From NCBI GenBank assembly GCA_003241475.1, contig QFQB01000001.1, positions 24,997 through 88,996 of the forward strand: a DNA stretch of 64,000 nt. Direction: 5' to 3'. The stretch is from Micavibrio aeruginosavorus. GTDB lineage: Bacteria; Pseudomonadota; Alphaproteobacteria; Micavibrionales; Micavibrionaceae. The notes below the pieces were generated by a model that did not search any database, was not told the origin of the DNA, and worked only from the letters and a program-made list of their open reading frames with translations. Made by a program: the position numbers and the translations under genes. Shown here piece after piece: positions 43,880 to 53,249 of this stretch (position 1 is the first letter of the stretch; each line of letters starts with the position of its first letter).

Positions 43880-44003
43880 AATCGGCGGAAAATCGGGGAT
43901 TTTCCATTTAATCCTTGGGTTTAGCGGTATCCCGCGCTAAACTGGCGTTAACGATTTTCCGGTTAGAGTACGTTAAAAGTTCAAGAACGGTTTTCTTACA
44001 TCC

Positions 44004-44933
44004 ATGGCTATGACCCCGCGCACATCCTTCATTCTCCAGCTGTTGCAAAAACTGGGCGCCCCGCTTATGGGCGCGGTGAATGCGCATGCGGCTGCGGATT
44101 CCGCCGGCGAAAAAGAAGCGCAAGCCATGGCCCAGCTTTTGTCCGAAAGCGTGAAGGTCGGCATTTCCCTCTCCCAAGCCATGAATCTTAAAACGGATGA
44201 CGGCGATGCGGATGCGATCCGGGTCGCGCTGGCAACCCTTGCCGGCGGTCTCGTCGCGGAATCCTACAAGCAGACGGGCCGCGTTCCGGGCGACGCCGAA
44301 GGCCGCCGCATTTTGAAGGCGCTGGAATCCGTTATCGTCTTTTCCGACAATTTCGCTCCTGCCGCCGAGCATGCGCAGAGATTACAGACGCTGGAGGGCG
44401 CGCCGCCGTTCTTCGATCCTGTCCAGACCAGCATTTACACTTTGCATGCCCTGCTTCCCGCCATCGGCGCGATTTCCGAATTTTCTTTTGGGCAGAGCGA
44501 GACGCGTCTTGTTCAGGAGGTTTCCGAACGCCTAGGCGCGAAAGCCAAAGAACTGTCGCAAACGCTTGGCGGCGGCGCCAATGCCATGAGCGAAATGATA
44601 ATTCTGCAGGCTTTGGGGCAGGTCTATGCAGACGTTCACAAGGCTGAAACCAAAAACCTTAAAGCCAAAGGCGACGAGGCGACAGCCTCCATGGAGGCCG
44701 TCTGGGCTTCTTTCGCACGTCAGGTAACCATGCTTGAAGTCGTTATGGGCTCCATGGGCGCTTCGGGTACAGGTTCCGGCTCGGGCGGCGGGGCTAAGCC
44801 CGCCGTAAACCAGCCCGCCGCTGTTGAAGCGCCAGTTGCTCCTACCCCTCCAGCCGCACCCCCTGCTTCTACCGCGCCCGCCTCCGCGCCGCCTGCGGGC
44901 GGCAATCCGATGTCGTTCTTTAAAAAGAAATAA
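44004..44933 (+). CDS. hypothetical protein with a Pro/Ala-rich C-terminus
   Basis: 309 aa with no signal peptide. Helical-looking body and a tail AVEAPVAPTPPAAPPASTAPASAPPAGGNPMSFFKKK. Confidence 0.5.
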   Translation: MAMTPRTSFILQLLQKLGAPLMGAVNAHAAADSAGEKEAQAMAQLLSESVKVGISLSQAMNLKTDDGDADAIRVALATLAGGLVAESYKQTGRVPGDAEGRRILKALESVIVFSDNFAPAAEHAQRLQTLEGAPPFFDPVQTSIYTLHALLPAIGAISEFSFGQSETRLVQEVSERLGAKAKELSQTLGGGANAMSEMIILQALGQVYADVHKAETKNLKAKGDEATASMEAVWASFARQVTMLEVVMGSMGASGTGSGSGGGAKPAVNQPAAVEAPVAPTPPAAPPASTAPASAPPAGGNPMSFFKKK

Positions 44934-45044
44934 TAGAGCGTCCCAATCGCGCTTTTGATTTTCCACAAGAATCTGCTATCGTTTGATTTCCTTGCGCCGT
45001 TCGGCCACAATAGTTTCTTAACCTTTTCATGACGTAAATATTAG

Positions 45045-45464
45045 ATGACCAAAATCCTTGCAGCCTGCCTGATGTTAGCCGCACAGACATACTCTGTGCC
45101 GCCGGCTGTGCTCGTAGGAATTCACCAAGTAGAAGGCGGAAAAGTGGGGCAGGCCGTCGGCCCGAACGACAACGGCACCTACGATCTCGGTCCCATGCAG
45201 ATCAACACATTGTGGATCCCCGAACTGGCCAGCAAATGGGGCGTGACCGAAGGCACCGCCTATCGCTGGGTCCGCGACGATCCTTGCACCAACATGGGCG
45301 TTTCCGCGTGGATTTTGCGCACGCACATGAACGAAACCGGCTCGCTCTCTCAGGCCATCGCCCATTATCATTCCAGAACCCCCCAATACGGCCATCCCTA
45401 CAAGGGCAAGGTCGTGGCCGCGATGCGGGCCAAGGGTTTGCTTCGCGACGCCAATACGCGCTAA
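45045..45464 (+). CDS. small lytic transglycosylase (SLT domain, VirB1/TrbN-like)
   Basis: 139 aa. Signal-like N-terminus, catalytic region GIHQVEGGKVGQAVGPNDNGTYDLGPMQINTLW, and AIAHYHS. Directly precedes dotD. Confidence 0.75.
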   Translation: MTKILAACLMLAAQTYSVPPAVLVGIHQVEGGKVGQAVGPNDNGTYDLGPMQINTLWIPELASKWGVTEGTAYRWVRDDPCTNMGVSAWILRTHMNETGSLSQAIAHYHSRTPQYGHPYKGKVVAAMRAKGLLRDANTR

Positions 45465-45603
45465 GATAAAAACATCAATTCCGCACTTTCTGTAATCGAT
45501 CAGAACCCGAATAAGGCACTGGATTACTTTATGGATTGTCTTGTCCCGTTCTTGACGAGCGGCTAAAGTATTAACTGCATATAGAACCGAGTCGAAAACC
45601 TTC

Positions 45604-46119
45604 ATGATCCACACCAAGAAAATCAGACGTTTCCTGCCGTGTGCGGCTGTTTTGGGCAGCGCATTGCTTTTGTTGTCCGCTTGCCAGCTGCCGGAAAGAA
45701 AAGCGCAGGTCGTGACCTCGCCCGACAAGGTTTCCTTAATGATGGCCGAAGCCGCCGACAAAGCCTCTACGTCTTTGGAGGCTTTGGCCGCCATCGAACA
45801 GCAAAAGTCTCCCGGCGTTGCCGTGCAGCCGATCAGCAATGCGCCTGAAGAGCTGGCGCGCGCCATCACCATCACATGGGTTGGCCCGCCCGAACAGATT
45901 CTGCGCAAGCTTGCGGATCGCGCCAGCTATAACTTCGTCACGCTCGGAAATCGTCCGCCCGTGCCGCTCGTCATCAATGTCGATGTGCAAAACCAGCCTG
46001 TTATCGAGGTCTTGCGCGATGTCGGCCTGCAACTCGGCGTGCGTGGCGACGTAAAGGTGGATGCCGACAAGAAAATTATCGAACTGCATTACGCGCCGGT
46101 AACGGGCGTGGGAGGCTAG
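45604..46119 (+). CDS. dotD: type IVB secretion lipoprotein DotD/TraH
   Basis: 171 aa. Lipobox LLLLSACQ. C-terminal N0-like domain ITITWVGPPEQILRKLADRASYNFVTLGNRPPVPLVINVDVQNQPVIEVLRDVGLQLG...IELHY matches my memory of DotD. Position upstream of dotC-dotB. Confidence 0.75.
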   Translation: MIHTKKIRRFLPCAAVLGSALLLLSACQLPERKAQVVTSPDKVSLMMAEAADKASTSLEALAAIEQQKSPGVAVQPISNAPEELARAITITWVGPPEQILRKLADRASYNFVTLGNRPPVPLVINVDVQNQPVIEVLRDVGLQLGVRGDVKVDADKKIIELHYAPVTGVGG

Positions 46120-46123
46120 GCTG

Positions 46124-46969
46124 ATGCGCTTTGGCTTCACCACATTCGCAACAATCGGCCTTTCTGTTTTGATGCTTTCCGGCGTCGCTTTTGCGGCCCC
46201 GAACAGCCTGAACGAACTTCCGCCGCCGCCGAGCAAGCAAGAGCTGCAAGCCATCCGCAAGGAAAAGCAGGATGCAGGCGAAGAAGGTAAATCCGCTCTT
46301 CCCATTGATATCCGCAATGACGCAATGAAAGAGTCCGCCTTGTCTTACGGCGCCCGCGGCGGCTTGAATTGGCGCACTTATTACATTCGTCAGGAAATGG
46401 AATCCCGCGCCCGCTACATGGACAAGGTGTTCGATTTTCACCAGCTTTTGATCGCCGCGCCGTCAGGCCTTTTGATCGAGCCTCCTGTCATCGGCGAGAG
46501 CGCGGACGCCATGATTATCGATCAAGGCGGCCTTGAAGCCGCTGTCGCAGACCGCGTTTACAACATTGGACGCAATGCCCGCATCGTTTCCGCCGCGCGC
46601 ACATGGCGCATGTATCTGGAGCGCCAATGGGGCGAGGTCAGCCCGCCACCGGATATTCTTCTTCCTGTAAACAAGGAAGAGCAGAAGAAATGGGATGCTT
46701 GGTTCGACAAAGGCTGGGAAGCCGGTGTCGCGCAGGCCGACGAGATTTTTCAGGCCGACCTCAACAAGCTGTCTTCCGATTATCAAGGAATGGTTCGCTA
46801 CCGCACCTTGCTCGCGCAAGGGATGGTATCCCCTCCCTATGCCTTGCAGGTTGATCGTGGTGTGACGGGCGGCGGTAACGAAATGCGCGTCGGCGATCGC
46901 AATGTCTCCATCACCGGCCTGCCTTCACTTCAGACAGGAACGCAGGAATGGTTGCCCGCAAACCGATAA
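46124..46969 (+). CDS. dotC: type IVB secretion outer-membrane component DotC/TraI
   Basis: 281 aa with a signal peptide. IRNDAMKESALSYGARGGLNWRTYYIRQEME...DKVFDFHQLLI...LIEPPVIGES resembles DotC. RBS GGGAGG. Lies between dotD and dotB. Confidence 0.75.
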   Translation: MRFGFTTFATIGLSVLMLSGVAFAAPNSLNELPPPPSKQELQAIRKEKQDAGEEGKSALPIDIRNDAMKESALSYGARGGLNWRTYYIRQEMESRARYMDKVFDFHQLLIAAPSGLLIEPPVIGESADAMIIDQGGLEAAVADRVYNIGRNARIVSAARTWRMYLERQWGEVSPPPDILLPVNKEEQKKWDAWFDKGWEAGVAQADEIFQADLNKLSSDYQGMVRYRTLLAQGMVSPPYALQVDRGVTGGGNEMRVGDRNVSITGLPSLQTGTQEWLPANR

Positions 46970-48117
46970 GCCTTCTTAAAGGCAAGGACAATATCGCGGA
47001 AACGTGGGCGGAAGAACCGCCGCGCTTTACCGACGATCATATCGACGCATTTCTTTTATGGTGCGTTAAGAAAAACTCTTCGGATGTTACCATCCAGACG
47101 GACCGTCCTGTTTACAACGAAATTTACGGCACGCTCTATCCGGCGACGTATCGTCCCGTCGATGCGGCGGATATGAACGTATTTCTGACCAAGATTTACG
47201 GCCCTGAAGCGGGTGCGCGTCTTGCGTCTGGAACGGATCTCGACTTATCTTACGAAATTCGCCCTGACCGCTATACCCGCATCCGTTTCCGCGTAAACGT
47301 CACGCCCGTTCTGTCGCGTGGCCGCGATTCCGCGCAGATCACAATGCGCGTTCTTCCCAACGAACCGCCGACAATGGTGGATTTGAACGTAGAGCAAGAC
47401 GTCATCAACAGCTGGGCACCGCGTCAGGGAATGGTGATTATCACAGGGCCGACGGGTTCGGGTAAAACGACATTGCTCGCCGCCGGCATCCGCATGCTGA
47501 TGGAGCGCAAGCGCGGATGCGGCAAGGTTGTCTGCTATGAAGCGCCGATCGAATATGTGTATGACGCAATCAAATCCCCGCGCTCGTTGATCTCCCAGAC
47601 GGAAATTCCGCGCCACTTGCCGGATTTCGCCCGTGGCGTGCGCAACGCCCTGCGTCGCAAACCCAATATCATTCTGGTAGGCGAAGCCCGCGACCGCGAA
47701 ACCATTTCCGCCGCGATCGAAGCCTCGCAAACAGGCCACTTGGTCTACACAACAACGCACACCACGGGTGTTGCGGCGACCATCCAGCGTATGGTGGCGA
47801 CGTTCGAACCGAACGAGCGCTCCGAGCGCGCTTATGCCTTGATGGAAACGGTGCGCCTTGTCGTTACCCAGACATTGGTCCCCAAAATTTCGGGCGGGCG
47901 TATGGGTTGCCGCGAATGGATGCGTTTTACGGATGAGGTCCGGGACAAATTGCTCGGCATGGATTTCAAGGAATGGCCCAATGAAATCCAGCGCATGATC
48001 CAGTTTTACGGGCAGCCGATGGCCAAATCTGCCGGTATTGCCTTTGATGCGGGTCTGATTGACCGCCGCACTTACATTACGCTCTCTTCAAGCACGGGTG
48101 CTGGGGGAGGAGACTAA
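46948..48117 (+). CDS. dotB: type IVB secretion ATPase DotB/TraJ (PilT-like)
   Basis: EPPRFTDDHID near the N-terminus, Walker A GPTGSGKTT, SQTEIPRHLPDFARGVRNALRRKPNIILVGEARDRETISAAIEASQTGHLVYTTTHT. These match long stretches of Legionella DotB as I recall it. Overlaps dotC by 22 nt. Confidence 0.92.
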   Translation: MVARKPISLLKGKDNIAETWAEEPPRFTDDHIDAFLLWCVKKNSSDVTIQTDRPVYNEIYGTLYPATYRPVDAADMNVFLTKIYGPEAGARLASGTDLDLSYEIRPDRYTRIRFRVNVTPVLSRGRDSAQITMRVLPNEPPTMVDLNVEQDVINSWAPRQGMVIITGPTGSGKTTLLAAGIRMLMERKRGCGKVVCYEAPIEYVYDAIKSPRSLISQTEIPRHLPDFARGVRNALRRKPNIILVGEARDRETISAAIEASQTGHLVYTTTHTTGVAATIQRMVATFEPNERSERAYALMETVRLVVTQTLVPKISGGRMGCREWMRFTDEVRDKLLGMDFKEWPNEIQRMIQFYGQPMAKSAGIAFDAGLIDRRTYITLSSSTGAGGGD

Positions 48118-48416
48118 TGGGTCAGAAAGAAGATACGGAAGAGGAACGGGCGAACTGGCACTGGCGCAATTCCATGCGGCCTGTCCGGTTTTTCGGACTG
48201 GACGCGCGTGCGGCTATCCCCTTCTTCGTTCTTTTGTTCCATGCGCGGCTGGTCACATTTGTCCTGACCCTCATGTTGACGATGGTTTTTGTCGTCCTTG
48301 AGCGGCGGGGTTTAAGCTTCAGTGCGGCCTTGCGGGCTTTCCGCGCTTGGCTTTTGGGGCAAAAACGCCCGGCGTGGATCAGCTTCCACCGCAAGAGAAT
48401 GCGGGATTTCGGCTAG
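48117..48416 (+). CDS. icmT: type IVB secretion inner-membrane protein IcmT/TraK
   Basis: 99 aa. NWHWRNSMRPVRFFGLDARAAIPFFVLLFHARLVTF fits the IcmT pattern HWR.S.R..FF.LDARA..P. TAATG overlap with dotB. Confidence 0.8.
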   Translation: MGQKEDTEEERANWHWRNSMRPVRFFGLDARAAIPFFVLLFHARLVTFVLTLMLTMVFVVLERRGLSFSAALRAFRAWLLGQKRPAWISFHRKRMRDFG

Positions 48417-48524
48417 GATCAAAGGCTTGGAGCCCGCGATTCATTCTTGTTATTTTACGAGGGTTTCAGTATTTTCGGGGTTCACGTAAAAAATTAACGG
48501 CTCACGCGAAAAGGTTTTTCGTCC

Positions 48525-49544
48525 ATGGCGGCAACTCAGTTCAAGAAACAGGCTCTTTTTCTTTTCGGCGCGGCCATCATGGGATGGTCCATGCCTGCCC
48601 ATGCAGGATTTGAATTCACGCCGCCGCCAAGTGTAGCGCCAGCCGAAGAAACTGCTCAACAGGCTACCGATGCCCCTATGCCGATCGTGTCCACCGAAGC
48701 CGTAACCGCCGAACCATTGCCGGCTCCCGATCACGTGTTGTCCTTGCCTGTCAGCTACCGCCAAACCGAAAAAGCCTATCCTGCTCCTGCCAACGAGCCG
48801 ATGGACACACAGGCGCTTTTAAACGCCACGGAAAACAACCAGATGGTAACACTGCCGGGATCGCCGCGTCCGAACAAAGCCGCGCCGTCCTCCGGACAAC
48901 TGGTCATCAACCCATATCCGCTGGATAGCGGAGAAGCCGTTCACGGCGGCGGCATGGGCCGTCTTGCGATCGAGCAGGGCATGATGGAACAATCGGGGAA
49001 ATTGCACCCTGTTCAGGTACCGGGCAACGGCCGGCCCACAGGCATGATCGCCCGCGCGAAAATCTCTTCGCGTCTTGATTCTGGCGAGCAACAATATCTG
49101 AGCCGCGAAGACCGTGAAGATGGTGCAACATTCGCGATCGCTTCTTCCATGACGCCCATTCCCGGTGGCGAAGGCGAGCCTTTATCTGGCATCGAAGCCA
49201 TGCCGCTAAAGCCGCGCGGACCTTCTGCCGCGCCCACCGCAATGCCGCGCCCTGCTGTTCCGCAAGGCTATCCGCAACCCGCGGCGGCTCCCGTTTTCGG
49301 CACCAATGCAGGTTATGCCGAAGCTGTCGGTTTCGGCCGCGATCTTCCTCTTGCGTTGGCTTTAAGTCAGGTTGTCCCGCCGGAATACAGCTACGCGTTC
49401 GGTCAGGATATCAATGTCGGCACGATGGTATCCTGGCAGGGCGGACGTCCATGGCCTGATGTATTGAACGAGATGCTCGCCCAAAACGGGTTGCGCGCCA
49501 ATATCAACGGCAAGCAAGTCACCATCGTTCCGCTTCGTGGATAA
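48525..49544 (+). CDS. secreted Pro-rich protein with a TcpQ/PilL-like C-terminal domain
   Basis: Signal peptide ...MGWSMPAHA-G, a long P/A-rich linker, and a C-terminal GFGRDLPLALALSQVVPPEYSYAFGQDINVGTMVSWQGGRPWPDVLNEMLAQNGLRANINGKQVTIVP. This resembles the TcpQ domain of PilL-type proteins, recalled from memory. Confidence 0.5.
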   Translation: MAATQFKKQALFLFGAAIMGWSMPAHAGFEFTPPPSVAPAEETAQQATDAPMPIVSTEAVTAEPLPAPDHVLSLPVSYRQTEKAYPAPANEPMDTQALLNATENNQMVTLPGSPRPNKAAPSSGQLVINPYPLDSGEAVHGGGMGRLAIEQGMMEQSGKLHPVQVPGNGRPTGMIARAKISSRLDSGEQQYLSREDREDGATFAIASSMTPIPGGEGEPLSGIEAMPLKPRGPSAAPTAMPRPAVPQGYPQPAAAPVFGTNAGYAEAVGFGRDLPLALALSQVVPPEYSYAFGQDINVGTMVSWQGGRPWPDVLNEMLAQNGLRANINGKQVTIVPLRG

Positions 49545-49553
49545 TTCGGCCGA

Positions 49554-50681
49554 TTAGTTTAGATAATTCGCCAGAGTCAGCTGGGACAGCAACGCCGTTA
49601 CCTGAAACGACGCCTGAAGTTGCGTTTGTATCTGCAACAGTTTCGCGGATGCTTCCGTGATATCGACATCCTCCACTTCGCCGATGACGTCCTTATAGGC
49701 GTTGATTTGATCGGTATGCGATGCCTGAACGTTTGAAATCTGCGCTTGTACCTGCGAAAGTTTGAACTGAACCTGTTCGATCCCGTCGAGTGCGTTGTTC
49801 AATCCGGAGATGATGTTATTTAATACGGCGTAGAAATTTTCCTGTTTTTCTTCCGGTGGGTTTGGTGGCGTGTCACCGGCAATTGTCGTCGCCATCGGAT
49901 CGTTCAGAGCACCTGGTGCATATTCCACAGGCGGCAAAGCCTGCAAAACACCTAGTAATTTTACGATATCTTTCATCGATGTTTTATTGGCCAGAACCGT
50001 ATAATCAAACTCGGAGCTATCGCTGACGCGCACGGTCGTTTTTCCAGCCGTATTATTGGTCAACGCGTTGGAGAACCCAAGTACGGTGTCGGATGTCGCG
50101 TTGAACGAGGCGATAAACTGGTCGGTGGTGATTGTGCCGTCGCCCCAGTCTCCGATCATGCCGGAGGCGACGAGAGGCGGCTGCGTCAAATCGGAAGAAT
50201 CCGGAATAAACTCGCCGAGCGCGCTTTGAAAAAGGCCAGTATCACTAATAGGGGCCTGCGCGGTGTCGCCGCCGGCGAAAAGATAACGCTCGCCATCCGT
50301 CTGGTTGATGTTGTCCAGAATGAAGTTATAGACGTTTTTCGTCAGCTGCTTGATGCTCTCGAGATCGGGATAATCCCCCTCCTGAACGGCTGTCGTGAGG
50401 CCGCTGACGATCGTTCCAACCTGCGTTTTGATTTCGGAAACGGATGTGAGCATCAATTTGATGCGGCGGTCCGCGTTGGTAATGTTGTTGGAATAGGTTT
50501 CAAGCGAGTTTACCCCGGCGCGCGCGCGCGTTGTGCGGATGATATCGCTACCAAGACCGGACAGAGTTTGCGTCTTTTTACCCGAAGAAATCTGCGTGGA
50601 GAGATCGCCCAAAGTGGATTGCTGGGTTTTCAGACGCGAAATCTGGTCAAGATACTGTCCAAGGGTTGAAATATTGGCCAT
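49554..50681 (-). CDS. flgL: flagellar hook-associated protein 3 (hook-filament junction)
   Basis: 375 aa. Flagellin-type N-terminus (ISRLKTQQSTLGDLSTQISSGKK) and C-terminus (DVDITEASAKLLQIQTQLQASFQVTALLSQLTLANYLN). Follows flgK by 17 nt. Confidence 0.85.
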   Translation of the reverse strand: MANISTLGQYLDQISRLKTQQSTLGDLSTQISSGKKTQTLSGLGSDIIRTTRARAGVNSLETYSNNITNADRRIKLMLTSVSEIKTQVGTIVSGLTTAVQEGDYPDLESIKQLTKNVYNFILDNINQTDGERYLFAGGDTAQAPISDTGLFQSALGEFIPDSSDLTQPPLVASGMIGDWGDGTITTDQFIASFNATSDTVLGFSNALTNNTAGKTTVRVSDSSEFDYTVLANKTSMKDIVKLLGVLQALPPVEYAPGALNDPMATTIAGDTPPNPPEEKQENFYAVLNNIISGLNNALDGIEQVQFKLSQVQAQISNVQASHTDQINAYKDVIGEVEDVDITEASAKLLQIQTQLQASFQVTALLSQLTLANYLN

Positions 50682-50698
50682 GTGACTCTCCTGTTACC

Positions 50699-53146
50699 TT
50701 AGATCGAATTTAAAAGTTCCTGAAACATTTCATCCGCCGCGGTAACGGCGCGCGCGGCGGCGGCATAAGCGGTCTGGATAACGATCAGGGTTGAAAGTTC
50801 TTCGTCAATGTTCACTCCCGTTTCATTCAGGAAACGCTCGGACAAAAGATCGTGGAGCGATGTGGCATCTCCTTGCGCAGAAGCATTCTCGATGACGTCC
50901 TGCGCTTGGGCGTTCACCATCTTCTGGCCAAAATCGATAATGGAACCATCGGTCAGAATATCGCTGTTCATATTGGCTTCGGGACCAAGGAAATTGCGTC
51001 GGAATCCCACATAAACGCCCGATCCCGCGTAAGTCTCGGACTGATAGGCGACATTCTGGATGGGAGAGCTTTCCAAAACGCTCGTACCATTAACGGTATA
51101 GCTACCAAAGAGAGCGCTGACGAGACCGACGCCTGCAGGCAGCGCAGCCAATACAGGGTTAACGGCACCTGTTGTCGTGCCGGGACCGGAGATAATGCGA
51201 ATATCTCCACCGAAGTTAGGACCGCCGTTTGTATCGTCCATTCCCGGGCGTAAAGAAATAGTGCCCGCCACGGCATCATAATCTACATAAAGGCCCGGAA
51301 CGCCGGTCTGGGTAAGGGGGTTGAATTCTAGTTTTGCAACAAGGTCTGTAACTGTTTCACCCGGTTCGACAGTAATGCGGTACAGTTCGCCCGTCCCGAC
51401 CTGAATATCAAAATAGGGATCTTCTGTCGTATAACTTGCTTCGGTAAAGCCGAGCGCTCCGAACCCTGTTGCGGTCATCGCATTGGTAAAGCCTGTTGCA
51501 GAAAGCTGGACGTTGGCTCTGGATTGTATCGAAAGTTGCCCATTGGTATTTTTGGTCGCCGTCGTGGTCAGACCAGCGGGTAGTGCGGCGGCGGTGATTT
51601 GTGAGTTGATTTCCGCGATAATTTGATCGAGTGCATTGTTGACCCCAGGCGATCCAATAGGAAAGTTTGTGCCTGCGTCACTCAAATCTATGTCGAAGTT
51701 GACAGGACCAAGGCCAAGGCGCGGCTCTTCAAGCGTTATGCGGAAGCTGTCATCGTTGGGCCAGTTCGGAAAAAACTCCTGCAATTGGTCGGCGATATCG
51801 TTGCCACCTGCGGCAGCATCATCAATTTGCGCAAAAGAGGCAAGGTCAATTCCGCCTACGACATTGTTTCTTGAATAAAGGCCAAGCCATTGCTGAAGGT
51901 CAGTTGCGGGGGCAGTTAGGTTGAGATCGGTTGTTCCCGTTGCTTGCTGGTAATTGGTTTCACCAAAGCCGAATTCTATGACCCGGCGAATGACCTCGTT
52001 GGATGCCGTGGGTATTGAGACATCAGAATTATACGTTCCTTGTTGAATCAAAGACACGTCGTTTACTATGTTCTGGTTGACGCGGATGATTGTGGCAAAA
52101 CCGACGTAAGCAACCGGCGTTGGTGGATTAGTCGAAAGATCCGGCGGCGCATCGGAGGGTACGGCACCAGTCTGGTCGGTGAACAAGCGCAAGCCTTGTG
52201 CGTCCATACGCACAGCAAGCTTGTGCGCCACTTCGTCCGCTTGTGCCTGATACTGGACAAGAGTGTTATCCCGTAAGTCTATCAAGGCTCCGAGCTTTCC
52301 GCTTACGTTCGTCGGTGTGATATCAACGGCGCGCGGGTTTTTGGCTGGGTCGCCGCCTACATAAATTCCGGCAACACTTCCAGGGTAAGTCGTTGACGGG
52401 CCGATAACGGACGGATTAAAGAATACTTCTGTCGGGCGCTCGTCCGTCAATTGTACGCCTGTAACTGTCTGGATAACCAGAACACCGTCGCCGCGTGAAA
52501 AAGAGGTTATGCCGATCAATCCCGACAGTTCCTTGATGGCCTCATCGCGATGGTCTTCAAGACCTGCTGTTGAGCGGCTCAGGTTGGCCGCGCCCTTAAT
52601 CTGACTGTTCAGATTGGCGATAGATTCCAAAAGCGTATTAATCCGATTTACCGTTTCCTCCATTTCGTCCTGTGCGTTGTTACGCTGGTCTGTTATAAGT
52701 TTTCCGAAATCGTTGAGCTTTTGTGCGACGGTTTGGGCTTGCGCCAGTGTGGCTTGTTGCAAAAACCCGTCGGAGGGCGAATCCGACAAAGCGGAAAAAG
52801 AATCCTTCAAATCGGCAATTTCTGCCGCGATCGAAGATTCCTTGTTGGTTACGCCGTGGAATTTTTCGATAGTATCGAGATAGGTGGCCTTCGTGCTCAA
52901 TTCAGAGACCGAACTGACTTGCGTCCATAATTCTTTTTCAAGATTCATGTCCACCTTGCGGATCATGGTCTCACTTTGAACGCCGATAATATCTCCAGTT
53001 GAATCAATAACTTGTGTCGTCTGTGGTAGAATTTTCCGTGTATAGCCGGGGGTGGTGGCATTCGACACGTTGTTCGAAATGACCGTTAACTGTTGCTGGG
53101 CAACGCGGAGCCCCGAGAGGGCGGCATTAAGTGCCTGAAACGACAT
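50699..53146 (-). CDS. flgK: flagellar hook-associated protein 1 (hook-filament junction)
   Basis: MSFQALNAALSGLRVAQQQLTVISNNVSNATTPGYTRK at the N-terminus and GVNIDEELSTLIVIQTAYAAAARAVTAADEMFQELL at the C-terminus. 815 aa with a large central insert. Confidence 0.92.
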   Translation of the reverse strand: MSFQALNAALSGLRVAQQQLTVISNNVSNATTPGYTRKILPQTTQVIDSTGDIIGVQSETMIRKVDMNLEKELWTQVSSVSELSTKATYLDTIEKFHGVTNKESSIAAEIADLKDSFSALSDSPSDGFLQQATLAQAQTVAQKLNDFGKLITDQRNNAQDEMEETVNRINTLLESIANLNSQIKGAANLSRSTAGLEDHRDEAIKELSGLIGITSFSRGDGVLVIQTVTGVQLTDERPTEVFFNPSVIGPSTTYPGSVAGIYVGGDPAKNPRAVDITPTNVSGKLGALIDLRDNTLVQYQAQADEVAHKLAVRMDAQGLRLFTDQTGAVPSDAPPDLSTNPPTPVAYVGFATIIRVNQNIVNDVSLIQQGTYNSDVSIPTASNEVIRRVIEFGFGETNYQQATGTTDLNLTAPATDLQQWLGLYSRNNVVGGIDLASFAQIDDAAAGGNDIADQLQEFFPNWPNDDSFRITLEEPRLGLGPVNFDIDLSDAGTNFPIGSPGVNNALDQIIAEINSQITAAALPAGLTTTATKNTNGQLSIQSRANVQLSATGFTNAMTATGFGALGFTEASYTTEDPYFDIQVGTGELYRITVEPGETVTDLVAKLEFNPLTQTGVPGLYVDYDAVAGTISLRPGMDDTNGGPNFGGDIRIISGPGTTTGAVNPVLAALPAGVGLVSALFGSYTVNGTSVLESSPIQNVAYQSETYAGSGVYVGFRRNFLGPEANMNSDILTDGSIIDFGQKMVNAQAQDVIENASAQGDATSLHDLLSERFLNETGVNIDEELSTLIVIQTAYAAAARAVTAADEMFQELLNSI

Positions 53147-53221
53147 ATTTCTCTTACCGTGTCCTTACATACAATCTGTCCAGCGCCTTAAGATGGCGCA
53201 TTTACATCTCGGATAGGACAT

Positions 53222-53237
53222 TGCAAGGATGGTGCCA
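53222..53237 (-). promoter_or_regulatory. sigma-54 (RpoN) -24/-12 promoter for flgK-flgL
   Basis: Minus strand reads TGGCAC-CATCC-TTGCA, an exact GG-N10-GC match to the consensus TGGCAC-N5-TTGCA. It lies 76-91 nt upstream of the flgK ATG and 12 nt after the stop of the preceding gene. Confidence 0.7.
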
Positions 53238-53249
53238 GAAATACGGTGA

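Noticed and set aside
45075-45908. 277-aa minus-strand ORF across the SLT gene, the intergenic region and dotD
   Set aside because: It is antisense to two genes with clear motifs (SLT catalytic region, DotD lipobox and N0 domain). It has no motifs of its own.
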